NCBI GenBank assembly: GCA_050250375.1
Contig: JBFWOS010000001.1
Span: forward strand, 894,361-958,360
DNA from: Candidatus Omnitrophota bacterium
GTDB lineage: Bacteria; Omnitrophota; Gorgyraeia; Zapsychrales; Zapsychraceae
Direction of reading: 5' to 3'
DNA: 64,000 nt
The notes below the pieces were generated by a model. That model was not told the origin of the DNA and did not search any database. It was given only the letters and a program-made list of their open reading frames with translations. Each line of letters opens with the position of its first letter. Position 1 is the stretch's first letter. Both the position numbers and the translations under genes were made by a program. Below, in pieces: positions 29,622-38,438 of this stretch.

Positions 29622-29650
29622 AGTCTATCACAACTTATCAGGCTTGTCAA
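29622..29650 (-). promoter_or_regulatory. Sigma70 promoter
   Basis: TTGACA-N17-TAGACT with an extended TGn. Confidence 0.85.
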
Positions 29651-29673
29651 ATTGTGGGCTTCAACAACGATGT

Positions 29674-30123
29674 TCATTGTCGCAAATTTCTCATCCGTTC
29701 GTTAAATTCCTTGTTTAAACGTGTGCACTCGGCTTCCAGAACGCCGGTCCTGACAGTAATCCCGGCCTTCTTTAAAATGTCGATCCCCCGTCCCTGATGG
29801 GCCGGATTTGGATCAACCGCTCCCAGGACAACCGTTGAGACGCCGGATTTAATTACAGCCTCCGTACACGCCCCGGTCCGGCCATGGGTCGAACAGGGTT
29901 CCAGGGTTACATATAAAACGGCTCCGGGCTGAGGCTTTCGTCCCAGTTGGTCCAAAACGACAATTTCCGCGTGCGGGCCGCCGTCCCGATAATAATGGCC
30001 GATGGATACCGCCTGATCGCCTTCAACGATGACCGCCCCGACCATCGGGCTGGGCTCAACCTTACCCCGCCCTTTTTCCGCTTCCTTCAGGGCAACAGCC
30101 ATCCATTGTTCGTCTTTGGTCAT
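29674..30123 (-). CDS. Stand-alone RibD-type Zn deaminase domain (no reductase domain)
   Basis: PMVGAVIV, HAE, YVTLEPCSTHGRTGAC, DPNP; the ORF ends at the domain boundary. Confidence 0.85.
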   Translation of the reverse strand: MTKDEQWMAVALKEAEKGRGKVEPSPMVGAVIVEGDQAVSIGHYYRDGGPHAEIVVLDQLGRKPQPGAVLYVTLEPCSTHGRTGACTEAVIKSGVSTVVLGAVDPNPAHQGRGIDILKKAGITVRTGVLEAECTRLNKEFNERMRNLRQ

Positions 30124-30126
30124 GGT

Positions 30127-31593
30127 TCATTCCCCCACCTTCACCCGCCATACCGTTCCAGCGGGTGTGTCCTTCACTTCAATCCCCATGGAATCTAACT
30201 CATCCCTGATCGCGTCGGATCGTCCAAAATCTTTATTCGTCCTGGCCGCTGTCCGGTCATCGATCAACGTCCGGATCTTATGTTCATCCAGACCCTTCTC
30301 TTTGATCAGGATCTTGTCTAACGCCGTCAGAAATTCTTCCGCAGGCTCTTCGAACAAACTCATCATTTTTCCGAATTTATTTACAAAATCCTTGAACAAA
30401 CCGGCGTTGGCTTTTAAGGCCGGTGTGATTTTTTTATTAAGGGCCATGTCATTAAACAAACGGACCAGATCGAATATCGCGGCAAATGTTTTGGGTGTGT
30501 TAAAATCATCATTCAAGGCCTGGTCAATTTCTTGCCCGGCCTGGTCAATTCTGGACATAAAATCTTTATCCGCCGTTGGCCCTGTCGTTACTTTACCAAA
30601 AGATAAAATACCGTCAGCCAGACTGATGGCTGCATATATGCGTGCCAATCCCTGCATCTTTTGGTGAATGCTCTCGGAACTCATTTGCAAAGGAGAACGG
30701 TAATGAGCGCTGAGTATAACAAATTTGAGGATTTCCGGGTGGAACTGGTCCATAAAATCCCTGGCCTTGATCACATTGCCCAGGGATTTGGACATTTTCT
30801 GGTCGCCGAACTGGATAAAATTATTATGCATCCAGTATTTCGCGAACGTCTTTCCGGTCAGTCCCTGAGTCTGGGCGATTTCATTCTCATGATGCGGAAA
30901 AATCAGGTCAATGCCGCCGCCGTGAATATCAATCTGATCGCCGAAAAAACTGTGATTCATCGCCGAACACTCAATATGCCACCCCGGGCGTCCCGGCCCC
31001 CAAGGTGAATCCCACGACGGCTCGCCTGCCTTGGACGGTTTCCACAGGATAAAGTCCAAGGGGTTTCGTTTCCGCGGGTCAGGATCGACCCGGTGACCGG
31101 CCTGAAGCTCTTCAATATTCTTCCCGCTCAGCTTTCCGTAGTCCTTAAAACTGTCGATGGAATAAAAGACCGATCCTTCAATCGCGTACGCATGTTCTTG
31201 TCCGATTAAATTAGAAATAAATTTTACCATGTCTTCCATATGGTCGGAACACTTCGGATTGTGCGTATGCGCCGGCAGTTTAAGCGCGGCGTAATCTTTT
31301 TTAAATTCTTCTATATAATGACTGGAGACGTCCAGGGCATCTTTGCCCTGTTCATTTGCTTTGTTGATAATCTTGTCATCAATATCCGTGTAATTGTAAA
31401 CAAAGGTAACCGCATATCCCAGATGTTCCAGCCAGCGGCGAACCAGGTTAAAAAAGATAGCCCCGCGGAAATTGCCGACATGCAGCAGGTCATAAACGGT
31501 CGGTCCGCAGACGTACATCCTGACTTTTCCTGGTTCAACCGGATCAAAAACCTCTTTTTGGTGGGACAGGGAATTATAGATTCTCAACGGCAT
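30127..31593 (-). CDS. cysS: Cysteine--tRNA ligase
   Basis: MYVCGPTVY, HVGN, GRPGWHIECS, FPHHENE, KMSKS. Confidence 0.98.
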   Translation of the reverse strand: MPLRIYNSLSHQKEVFDPVEPGKVRMYVCGPTVYDLLHVGNFRGAIFFNLVRRWLEHLGYAVTFVYNYTDIDDKIINKANEQGKDALDVSSHYIEEFKKDYAALKLPAHTHNPKCSDHMEDMVKFISNLIGQEHAYAIEGSVFYSIDSFKDYGKLSGKNIEELQAGHRVDPDPRKRNPLDFILWKPSKAGEPSWDSPWGPGRPGWHIECSAMNHSFFGDQIDIHGGGIDLIFPHHENEIAQTQGLTGKTFAKYWMHNNFIQFGDQKMSKSLGNVIKARDFMDQFHPEILKFVILSAHYRSPLQMSSESIHQKMQGLARIYAAISLADGILSFGKVTTGPTADKDFMSRIDQAGQEIDQALNDDFNTPKTFAAIFDLVRLFNDMALNKKITPALKANAGLFKDFVNKFGKMMSLFEEPAEEFLTALDKILIKEKGLDEHKIRTLIDDRTAARTNKDFGRSDAIRDELDSMGIEVKDTPAGTVWRVKVGE

Positions 31594-31837
31594 GATGTTT
31601 GTCTTTCATGGGCAACGGGTCATATCCGTGCGTACCCAGTGGATGGCATTTGAGTATCCGCCCGGCGGCCAGACGAAAGCCCTTAAAGGGACCGTAAACA
31701 GCAATGGCCTCTATGGCATAATTTGAGCAGGACGGGATGTGGCGGCAGGACGGCAGAAACAATTTCGATAATGTCACCTGATATGCCCTGATCGCCCCGA
31801 TCATCATAAATTTCAGAATACGGATGATTATGTTCAT
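31574..31837 (-). CDS. yidD: Membrane protein insertion efficiency factor
   Basis: CRHIPSCSNY, RILKCHP, GYDP; start set after the promoter TTGTTA-N17-TATAAT (31848-31876). Confidence 0.92.
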   Translation of the reverse strand: MNIIIRILKFMMIGAIRAYQVTLSKLFLPSCRHIPSCSNYAIEAIAVYGPFKGFRLAAGRILKCHPLGTHGYDPLPMKDKHHAVENL

Positions 31838-31941
31838 ATGGGGAACTATTATAGGCAAACTTTATCGATTTAACAAATAAATCTTATCGGCCCTGTTCAA
31901 TGCCGATTCAAATCAACTTAAGAAGTGTCCGATTCTTTAGA

Positions 31942-32628
31942 TTAATGCTGATGTTCTTCACTCATCACATTTTTATGGCGGCAATGGACATGAGAACAAG
32001 CCAGCGGAAAAACAATGTCGCTCAGGCAGCATGGGATCATGACGGCAAATATCGTGACCATAAAAACCCCGCCTAACTGGTGCACCCAGTGGTCCAGCCC
32101 AAAGGCCAGCAAATACAATATCGAAGCCACACTGCTGACAAACACATGCATTGAATGTGAATACTCGGTGGCTTTCTCAAAACTTCTCGGCGCCGTTAAC
32201 CCGGCGATCGTGCCGATCACCGCGAAAGGAAGGACGATCCCGGGATGTTGCAGAATGTCCACATGAAAATCCATTTTTGCACCGATCATCAATCCGCCGA
32301 CAAAAGGAAAGATGGCGTCACTCAACGTACAGATGATGATGGATCCCAGAAATCCGATCATTACAGCTTTAAAAATACTTTTGTCATGTTTGGTGAACAT
32401 GGCGGTCGTGGCTACAGCACTGATAAAAATATGGCTCGGATGGAATACGTGATATAAGTCTTCCAGGGCATTCGGCATTGCCTCGTGACTTCCGGCAATC
32501 TCAGCGAGGAAAGTCAGCACCCCCATCATCAACAGGGCGACCATCACCCCGAACGTTGAGAACGGAATATGATGCATCAGTTCCGTCAGTATATATTGTC
32601 CTTTCGTTTGCTGTTTTGTCATAATCAA
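31942..32628 (-). CDS. His/Cys-rich membrane protein, putative metal permease
   Basis: About 6 TMs; internal repeats HPSHIFISAVAT/HSMHVFVSSVAS and CTLSDAIFP/CCLSDIVFP; His-rich tail; 4 nt downstream of the Fur gene. Confidence 0.65.
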   Translation of the reverse strand: MIMTKQQTKGQYILTELMHHIPFSTFGVMVALLMMGVLTFLAEIAGSHEAMPNALEDLYHVFHPSHIFISAVATTAMFTKHDKSIFKAVMIGFLGSIIICTLSDAIFPFVGGLMIGAKMDFHVDILQHPGIVLPFAVIGTIAGLTAPRSFEKATEYSHSMHVFVSSVASILYLLAFGLDHWVHQLGGVFMVTIFAVMIPCCLSDIVFPLACSHVHCRHKNVMSEEHQH

Positions 32629-32632
32629 TCCT

Positions 32633-33052
32633 TTATGGTTGGCAGTCTGTGCAAAGGCCTTCCAACTGAACGAAATGCCTTAACACCTTAAATCCTTTGA
32701 TCTTTTTAATCTCAGTCAATTGACACCCTTCAAATTCACCCACTTTACCGCAGGTTGTGCAGACGATATGGTGATGATGGTGGGTGTGGTCAGGCGCGTG
32801 GCACAAGCCGTAATACCGTTTATTATCAAATTGGTGAATCTTGGTTAACACCCCGCACTCGACCAAGGATTCAAGATTCCTATAAACACTCGGCAACCCG
32901 AGCTGGCCGAAATCTTTTTTTAGAGGAACCCACACCTCATCCGGTGTCAGCACCCGGTTTTCTTTTAAGAATAATTCGATGATCGCCAGGCGTTTCGGTG
33001 TGATCTTAAATCCGCTGTTTTTGAGTGAATCAATATATTGGTCCATAGACAA
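32633..33052 (-). CDS. Fur-family regulator (Zur-like)
   Basis: KITPKRLAI, SVYRNL, HHHHIVCTTCG, GLCTDC. Confidence 0.93.
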   Translation of the reverse strand: MSMDQYIDSLKNSGFKITPKRLAIIELFLKENRVLTPDEVWVPLKKDFGQLGLPSVYRNLESLVECGVLTKIHQFDNKRYYGLCHAPDHTHHHHHIVCTTCGKVGEFEGCQLTEIKKIKGFKVLRHFVQLEGLCTDCQP

Positions 33053-33071
33053 ATGAAAAGTATTTTCATTT
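33051..33071. promoter_or_regulatory. Fur/Zur box
   Basis: Perfect inverted repeat AAATGAAAA-GTA-TTTTCATTT between the promoter (TTGACA-N16-GATAAT, minus strand) and the regulator start; a half-site also overlaps the -35. Confidence 0.75.
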
Positions 33072-33230
33072 ATTATCTACATTTCCATATATTTGTCAAA
33101 TGAAAAAGTTTTCTATCTATGAATGGCCAAGAATTGATTGCCTTTAACTTAACCTTCTATGTATAATGGGAATGTTTTTGATCATAAAATAACTTTTCCG
33201 ATTTAATTCCGGTTATCTGGCCTGGATATC

Positions 33231-34883
33231 ATGAATATAATTTCCTTTAAAAAATGGTTTTCGGAACATCCCGCCCTGTTTGCTGTCATTCTGCTTTTAG
33301 CCGTTTGCGGGACCGCTTTTTTTAATAGCCTGGACAACGGGTTTTTGATGGATGACAACCCATTGTTGATCGGAAACAGAAACACCAACATACTGGAATT
33401 TCTGCATCTGGATTTTTCCGACCATGAGAAATCCGCGTATTTCCGACCGATTAATCATTTTTTTATATTAACCACCCTAACGGCTTTCGGCCATGATCCT
33501 TTCGGTTACAACCTCGTCAATTTGATTATGCATTTCCTTGCGTGTTTGTCTGTGTATTATCTATTTCGCATTCTTTTTAAAGATCCCACGATTGCCCTTT
33601 TGACAAGCTTAATCTATAGCCTACACCCTATTAACGGAATTCTGATCAATTACAAAACCTGCACATCACAGTCATTCCTGGTCATCGCAACCAATCTTTG
33701 CCTGATAAATTATCTTTCGGCCATCGAAGAAAAAAACAATTTCTCAAATTATGTATTAAGCCTCATCTGGTTTTTATTAGCCCTCATGTGTCACGAGGTA
33801 GGAATCCTGACACCCTTTTTCTTAATGAATATTCTATTTGTACTCAAAAAATACAATTTAAGAGAAACTCTTTTTAAGAGTATCCCCATACTGACGACCC
33901 TTATCTGTTATCTCTTATTTCGAATGTATTTCTTCAGTCTAAAAAAGAATGTCCTTGATAATATAACTTTCTTTCGACTATCTTTCCTCGAATATATCGC
34001 TTCATATACCAAACTGGCCTCCTGGTACATCTCCAAACTGATATTCCCGGATGGCATTGTCCTGGCCTGGGAAGTCCATCATTTGTCAAATCCATTCTAT
34101 CAGGGGGTCTCTGTTGTTTGTCTCTCTCTCAGTATCATTTTTTTAATCTTCATACTGTTCCGGAAACAAAGCGCTGAAACATTTGCCCTGATATGGCTGA
34201 TGAGCGGAATTGCCCTGGTGGCTATTGTTTGTTTCGCAAGACCGGCGTTGGGGTTTGTGATTGAGCCTCATTGGCTGTGCGCCTCTTCGATAGGTTTTTT
34301 TCTTCTCGTCGCCCTTTGTCTGACCTCCTTACGAAAAATCCTACCGTATAGTGTCTGGTTATCTATTATCGTGGGCTTGCTCGTTTTCCTTTTTGCCAAA
34401 ACCAACTGGTACAATCAACAATGGAACAGCCAGAAACAATATTGCCAGTACTGGTTAACCATTTCTCCGAATAGTTACTGGCCAAATTTTTGGCTGGGTT
34501 ATACTTATTTTGAAGAAAAAAATTATTTGAAAGCCAAACAGCACTATGAAAAGAATCTCGGTAAAGGTGTCCGTATTTTTGAAGTGTATGGAAACCTGGG
34601 GATCGTCGAATACAACCTTGAAAACTATGAAGCATCCATTTCCCGATTGAATAAGTCCCTGAGCATTGAACCGGACATCGCCGATACCCATTATTATTTA
34701 GGACTGAATTATGTCGTAAAGAAGGATTTTGACACGGCAGAAGAATATTTTTTGGAAGCGGTTAGACTGGATCCTTATTTTCTATCACCTTTGGAACAAT
34801 TATTACGATTATACGAAATCCAGGGACAGGTGGAAAAAGCAGTCTTGGTAAAAAGACAACTGCAAAAACTCAAGACCAAATAA
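33231..34883 (+). CDS. TMTC-like GT-C membrane protein with C-terminal TPRs
   Basis: FLMDD, YFRP, YSLHP, many TMs, about 4 TPRs. Confidence 0.8.
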   Translation: MNIISFKKWFSEHPALFAVILLLAVCGTAFFNSLDNGFLMDDNPLLIGNRNTNILEFLHLDFSDHEKSAYFRPINHFFILTTLTAFGHDPFGYNLVNLIMHFLACLSVYYLFRILFKDPTIALLTSLIYSLHPINGILINYKTCTSQSFLVIATNLCLINYLSAIEEKNNFSNYVLSLIWFLLALMCHEVGILTPFFLMNILFVLKKYNLRETLFKSIPILTTLICYLLFRMYFFSLKKNVLDNITFFRLSFLEYIASYTKLASWYISKLIFPDGIVLAWEVHHLSNPFYQGVSVVCLSLSIIFLIFILFRKQSAETFALIWLMSGIALVAIVCFARPALGFVIEPHWLCASSIGFFLLVALCLTSLRKILPYSVWLSIIVGLLVFLFAKTNWYNQQWNSQKQYCQYWLTISPNSYWPNFWLGYTYFEEKNYLKAKQHYEKNLGKGVRIFEVYGNLGIVEYNLENYEASISRLNKSLSIEPDIADTHYYLGLNYVVKKDFDTAEEYFLEAVRLDPYFLSPLEQLLRLYEIQGQVEKAVLVKRQLQKLKTK

Positions 34884-34930
34884 GAATAGGTCCGGCCCAG
34901 AATCATTTAAATATTCTCAGCATGAATATT

Positions 34931-36580
34931 TTAGGTACAATCCCCTTTGCGGGGACCGGTAATCCCTTGTTCAATCTGCCGGTAACAGCCTTCAATAAAA
35001 TCGGAATACGCTGAACATTTGCCCTGGGTTTCAATTCCTTCTGCGGCACCGTAAACAATGCAATACGCCTGGCACTGGGATGAATCGATGCAGTCATTGG
35101 TCGAATCCGTCGTGGTCAGTTTACAGACCCCTTCGATCATTTCGCCTTTCAGCGCCTTGCAAAAATCAGCATGCTGAACAAGTTTTGCCTTTTTATAAAT
35201 ACTCGCCTCTTCTGATTTATCAAGTTCGCCGCTTTCTTTATAAGATTCATAATAAATTTTATCGGTTCCGGACCATTTGGCCTCAAACTGCAAACCGCCG
35301 TTCTCATAATAGACCCGCTCAAAAACCGCACCGTTTTTCTTCATTTCTAATTCCAGTTTCAAGTTCCCGTTACCATAATACTCCTGAAGGTCCGCCACCA
35401 AGAAATAATCCGCCAGAACCAGATCCACGCCTTTTTCTTCTTCCAGCTTAACTTCCCGGATAATTTTCTGTTTCTCGATAAGCTCTTCAATCGTTTTTAA
35501 GACACCGTTCTCATAAACGAACCGCTGCAGTCTGAGCATTTTCCCGTTTGTAAATATTTTCCTGGCCAGAAGCACGCCGTTTTCATAATAATATTCCTGC
35601 AAGCCGTCCATTACTCCTTTAACATAATTCTCTTTGGACCTTAACACGCCGTTCTTGAAAAAATAGCGCTGCACCCCGTTAAAGACATCATCCTTATAAA
35701 ACAATTTGCTCTCGACATTTCCGTTGTCGTAATAAACGATTTCAACCCCGTCTTTTAACCCTTCTATATAATGCGAGATGCTCCTGACCCCGCCGTTGGC
35801 ATAGTACTCTTTTAACAACCCATGCAGCACTCCGTTCTTAAATTGGGCAATGGATTTTAACTGACCCGTATCCCAGAACGATTTTTTGACCGACAGGGCA
35901 TTATCAATCGATTTTAAACTGTCCATTTCCCTTAATACTTCTTTCTCTTCGACAAATTTCTCTGTTGGAGCTCCGTTCTTGTAATAGCTTGTTTTTAAGA
36001 TTTTTCCTTCCGGTGAATAAGTGTTAAATTCACCGTGCAATTTTCCATTTTGGTACCTTGAGATGACAGAGATCTGTCCGTTGACCCAATAATCTTTCTG
36101 GGTGCCGCTTAGTTTGCCATTCTTGTAGTTGCGTTCTCTTTGCAAAAGGCCGTTCTGCCGGAAGACCTCCTGCAGACCATCCAGCCGGTCATTTTTGTAC
36201 CGGTTCTTTTTATTCACCTTTCCGTCACTAAAATAAATCGTTTCTACGTCCTGGATATTCCCCTGGCGCATGGTGTATTCCCGCTTGATGTTTCCGTTCT
36301 CAAAATAATCCAGCTGGGGACCGTCCTGAAGGTCTTGGGAAAAGTTATGCTCAAATTTCAAATTCCCGTTTTCATAATAGAATTTATAAGGCCCTTCTTT
36401 CTTGCCCCGCTTAATATTAGTAATTTGTTTCATGCGGCCGTTCTTGTAATATTCCTTGTGCTCCCCGTCGGCCAAAGTCTCCTGGGCATTCAATGGATAA
36501 TTCATCGTAAATAACACCATTGCTATAATAAGAAAAACCTTAAAGAATGACATTTCAGTTTTCATCTTGGATTTAAACAC
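34931..36580 (-). CDS. Secreted MORN-variant (YwqK-like) repeat protein with Cys-rich tail
   Basis: Signal peptide; many G..K.YY.NG.L repeats; 8-Cys C-terminus. Confidence 0.85.
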   Translation of the reverse strand: MFKSKMKTEMSFFKVFLIIAMVLFTMNYPLNAQETLADGEHKEYYKNGRMKQITNIKRGKKEGPYKFYYENGNLKFEHNFSQDLQDGPQLDYFENGNIKREYTMRQGNIQDVETIYFSDGKVNKKNRYKNDRLDGLQEVFRQNGLLQRERNYKNGKLSGTQKDYWVNGQISVISRYQNGKLHGEFNTYSPEGKILKTSYYKNGAPTEKFVEEKEVLREMDSLKSIDNALSVKKSFWDTGQLKSIAQFKNGVLHGLLKEYYANGGVRSISHYIEGLKDGVEIVYYDNGNVESKLFYKDDVFNGVQRYFFKNGVLRSKENYVKGVMDGLQEYYYENGVLLARKIFTNGKMLRLQRFVYENGVLKTIEELIEKQKIIREVKLEEEKGVDLVLADYFLVADLQEYYGNGNLKLELEMKKNGAVFERVYYENGGLQFEAKWSGTDKIYYESYKESGELDKSEEASIYKKAKLVQHADFCKALKGEMIEGVCKLTTTDSTNDCIDSSQCQAYCIVYGAAEGIETQGKCSAYSDFIEGCYRQIEQGITGPRKGDCT

Positions 36581-37339
36581 TTAACTCCCTTCACCTGTTT
36601 CTTGTTTGCGGCCTCTGGATTCCTGCCGTTTTTTCTCCCGCAGGGATTCCGCCGGTATGCCGAACCAGACATCCCGCGGTTCAACGTTGGTGTCTTTCAG
36701 CAGGACCGCGCTAGCCCCGATGATCGCCCGGTCTCCGATGGTGCAGCCCGGCATGATCGTTGAATGTGAACCGACCGTGACATTCTCCCCGATCTTGACT
36801 TTCCTGAGAACCAGCTTTCCCCGTTCAACGATATGCCCGTTGATGATCGCCCCGCCGCCGATGACCGTGTTGTCCCCGATCTCGAGCAGGGAAGCGTCAA
36901 AAACATATTTTGAGTTAAACTGTACATTCTTACCCAGTTTTGCCCCCAGCATCCTGAATAACAAATTGGCAAACGGTGTCAGCAACACAAAGTCGATAAA
37001 GGTATAATGGATCATTAAATATAAAGAACCGGTAAAAGCCCATTTCATCGCTTCAAAGGACTGCAACGGGTGCGTCCCTTCTTTTAAACGGATACGGAAC
37101 ACCGTTCGAAAAATACCGACAACCAGGATTAAAGTCAACCCGAATAAAAAATATCCCAATGCCATTGTAAAACCCAGGCAAAACAACCGCGGAAAGAGAT
37201 TAAAATCAGCCGTTAAATTCCAAACCTTCATCAACAGGCCTAATCCCGGGACCATGGCCAGCCCGAAAAAAACCGATCCCATCAAGTACATAAATAATGT
37301 GAACAGCAGTTGAATCAGGGTGACCCATAACCATTTCAT
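36581..37339 (-). CDS. Membrane-anchored hexapeptide-repeat (LbH) acyltransferase
   Basis: TMs, then LGAKLGKNV, IGDNTVIGGGA, KIGENVTVG, WFGIPA; SD GGGAGAGG. Confidence 0.85.
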   Translation of the reverse strand: MKWLWVTLIQLLFTLFMYLMGSVFFGLAMVPGLGLLMKVWNLTADFNLFPRLFCLGFTMALGYFLFGLTLILVVGIFRTVFRIRLKEGTHPLQSFEAMKWAFTGSLYLMIHYTFIDFVLLTPFANLLFRMLGAKLGKNVQFNSKYVFDASLLEIGDNTVIGGGAIINGHIVERGKLVLRKVKIGENVTVGSHSTIMPGCTIGDRAIIGASAVLLKDTNVEPRDVWFGIPAESLREKKRQESRGRKQETGEGS

Positions 37340-37470
37340 AAGCCCTCTCCCAATGAACAAATTTTAATTATTCTAACACACCTGATTTACGGCAAAACTA
37401 ATTTTAAGATTAATCTTTGGACCTATTATCTATTGACATATCCGCGCCCGTTTCTTAAACTATGTTTATT

Positions 37471-37986
37471 ATGCCGGACAAGAAAAACAACCCCGTTGAA
37501 AAAATCTTTGAAGAAATCCTCTGGAAATCACGGCTCATCACCATCCTGGTCGTTATCTTTTCATTTATGGCCGCTCTTGTCTTATTCATCGCCGGAAGCC
37601 ATCAATGCGTACAGGCCTCCATCAATTTTATCTCTTCCCTTTCAGGAAAAGTGGATTATAATGCGCTGGTCGCCAACATTATCAACGCCATCGACCTTTA
37701 CCTGATCGGTATCGTCTTATTGATATTTAGTTTTGGGGTCTATGAACTCTTTATCTCCAAGATTGACCCGGCCAAACTGGATAAAGAAATCAACATCCTT
37801 GAAATAACGACCCTGGACAGTTTGAAAAATAAACTGTTAAAAGTGATCATCATGGTTATGGTGGTCTACTTCTTTAAATCCATCCTTACATCCCACTTCG
37901 AAGAACCGCTGGAATTGCTGTATTTAGGCGGGGCCATACTCGCTGTCTCGACTTGTTCTTTCTTTATACGTAAAATTGAAGAATAA
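37471..37986 (+). CDS. YqhA (UPF0114) membrane protein
   Basis: FEEILWKSR, IDLYL, FSFGVYELFISKID, LDSLKNKL; promoter TTGACA-N17-TAAACT (37433-37461) implies start 37471. Confidence 0.88.
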   Translation: MPDKKNNPVEKIFEEILWKSRLITILVVIFSFMAALVLFIAGSHQCVQASINFISSLSGKVDYNALVANIINAIDLYLIGIVLLIFSFGVYELFISKIDPAKLDKEINILEITTLDSLKNKLLKVIIMVMVVYFFKSILTSHFEEPLELLYLGGAILAVSTCSFFIRKIEE

Positions 37987-38030
37987 GTCCGCTGAAGCAG
38001 CCGAATATCAGGTTAACAATAAAAATTCAT

Positions 38031-38426
38031 TCAGGTTTTCTTGCCGTCGTTTGATTCCAGCTCATCATTCAGCTTGATATAAGCGCTTCTTAAAGTAAAT
38101 TTATTCAGCCGTTTTAACGTAAAAAGATCTGCCTTCGTTTCCACCCGCTTTTCCCGGTCAAAATATTCGGAATAACCCGTCAATAGAATAACCTTAACTT
38201 TATCATCCAACTCTTTTATTTTCTGGCATGTCTCATAACCATCAATCCCTGTCAGATTGATATCAAGCAGGACCAGATGCGGCCGGAAGCTCTTAACGGC
38301 TTCAATGGCCTCTTCACCTGATTCTGCCTCCTGAAACTCCTCGATCAGAGGAATTTCCGAAAGTATTTCTTTGATTAACACCCTGTCTCCCGCATTATCA
38401 TCGACAATTAACACTTTTTTAATCAT
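38031..38426 (-). CDS. Single-domain response regulator
   Basis: VLIVDD, LLDINLTGIDG, ILLTG. Confidence 0.9.
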   Translation of the reverse strand: MIKKVLIVDDNAGDRVLIKEILSEIPLIEEFQEAESGEEAIEAVKSFRPHLVLLDINLTGIDGYETCQKIKELDDKVKVILLTGYSEYFDREKRVETKADLFTLKRLNKFTLRSAYIKLNDELESNDGKKT

Positions 38427-38438
38427 ATAGGCTCCTCT

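Noticed and set aside
30029-30667. Long antisense ORFs (also 55252-55905, 22871-23350, 47801-48289 and others)
   Set aside because: Shadow frames opposite well-supported genes, with no recognisable motifs.
34931-36580. YwqJK toxin-antitoxin system
   Set aside because: MORN-variant repeats are widespread and there is no cognate toxin adjacent.
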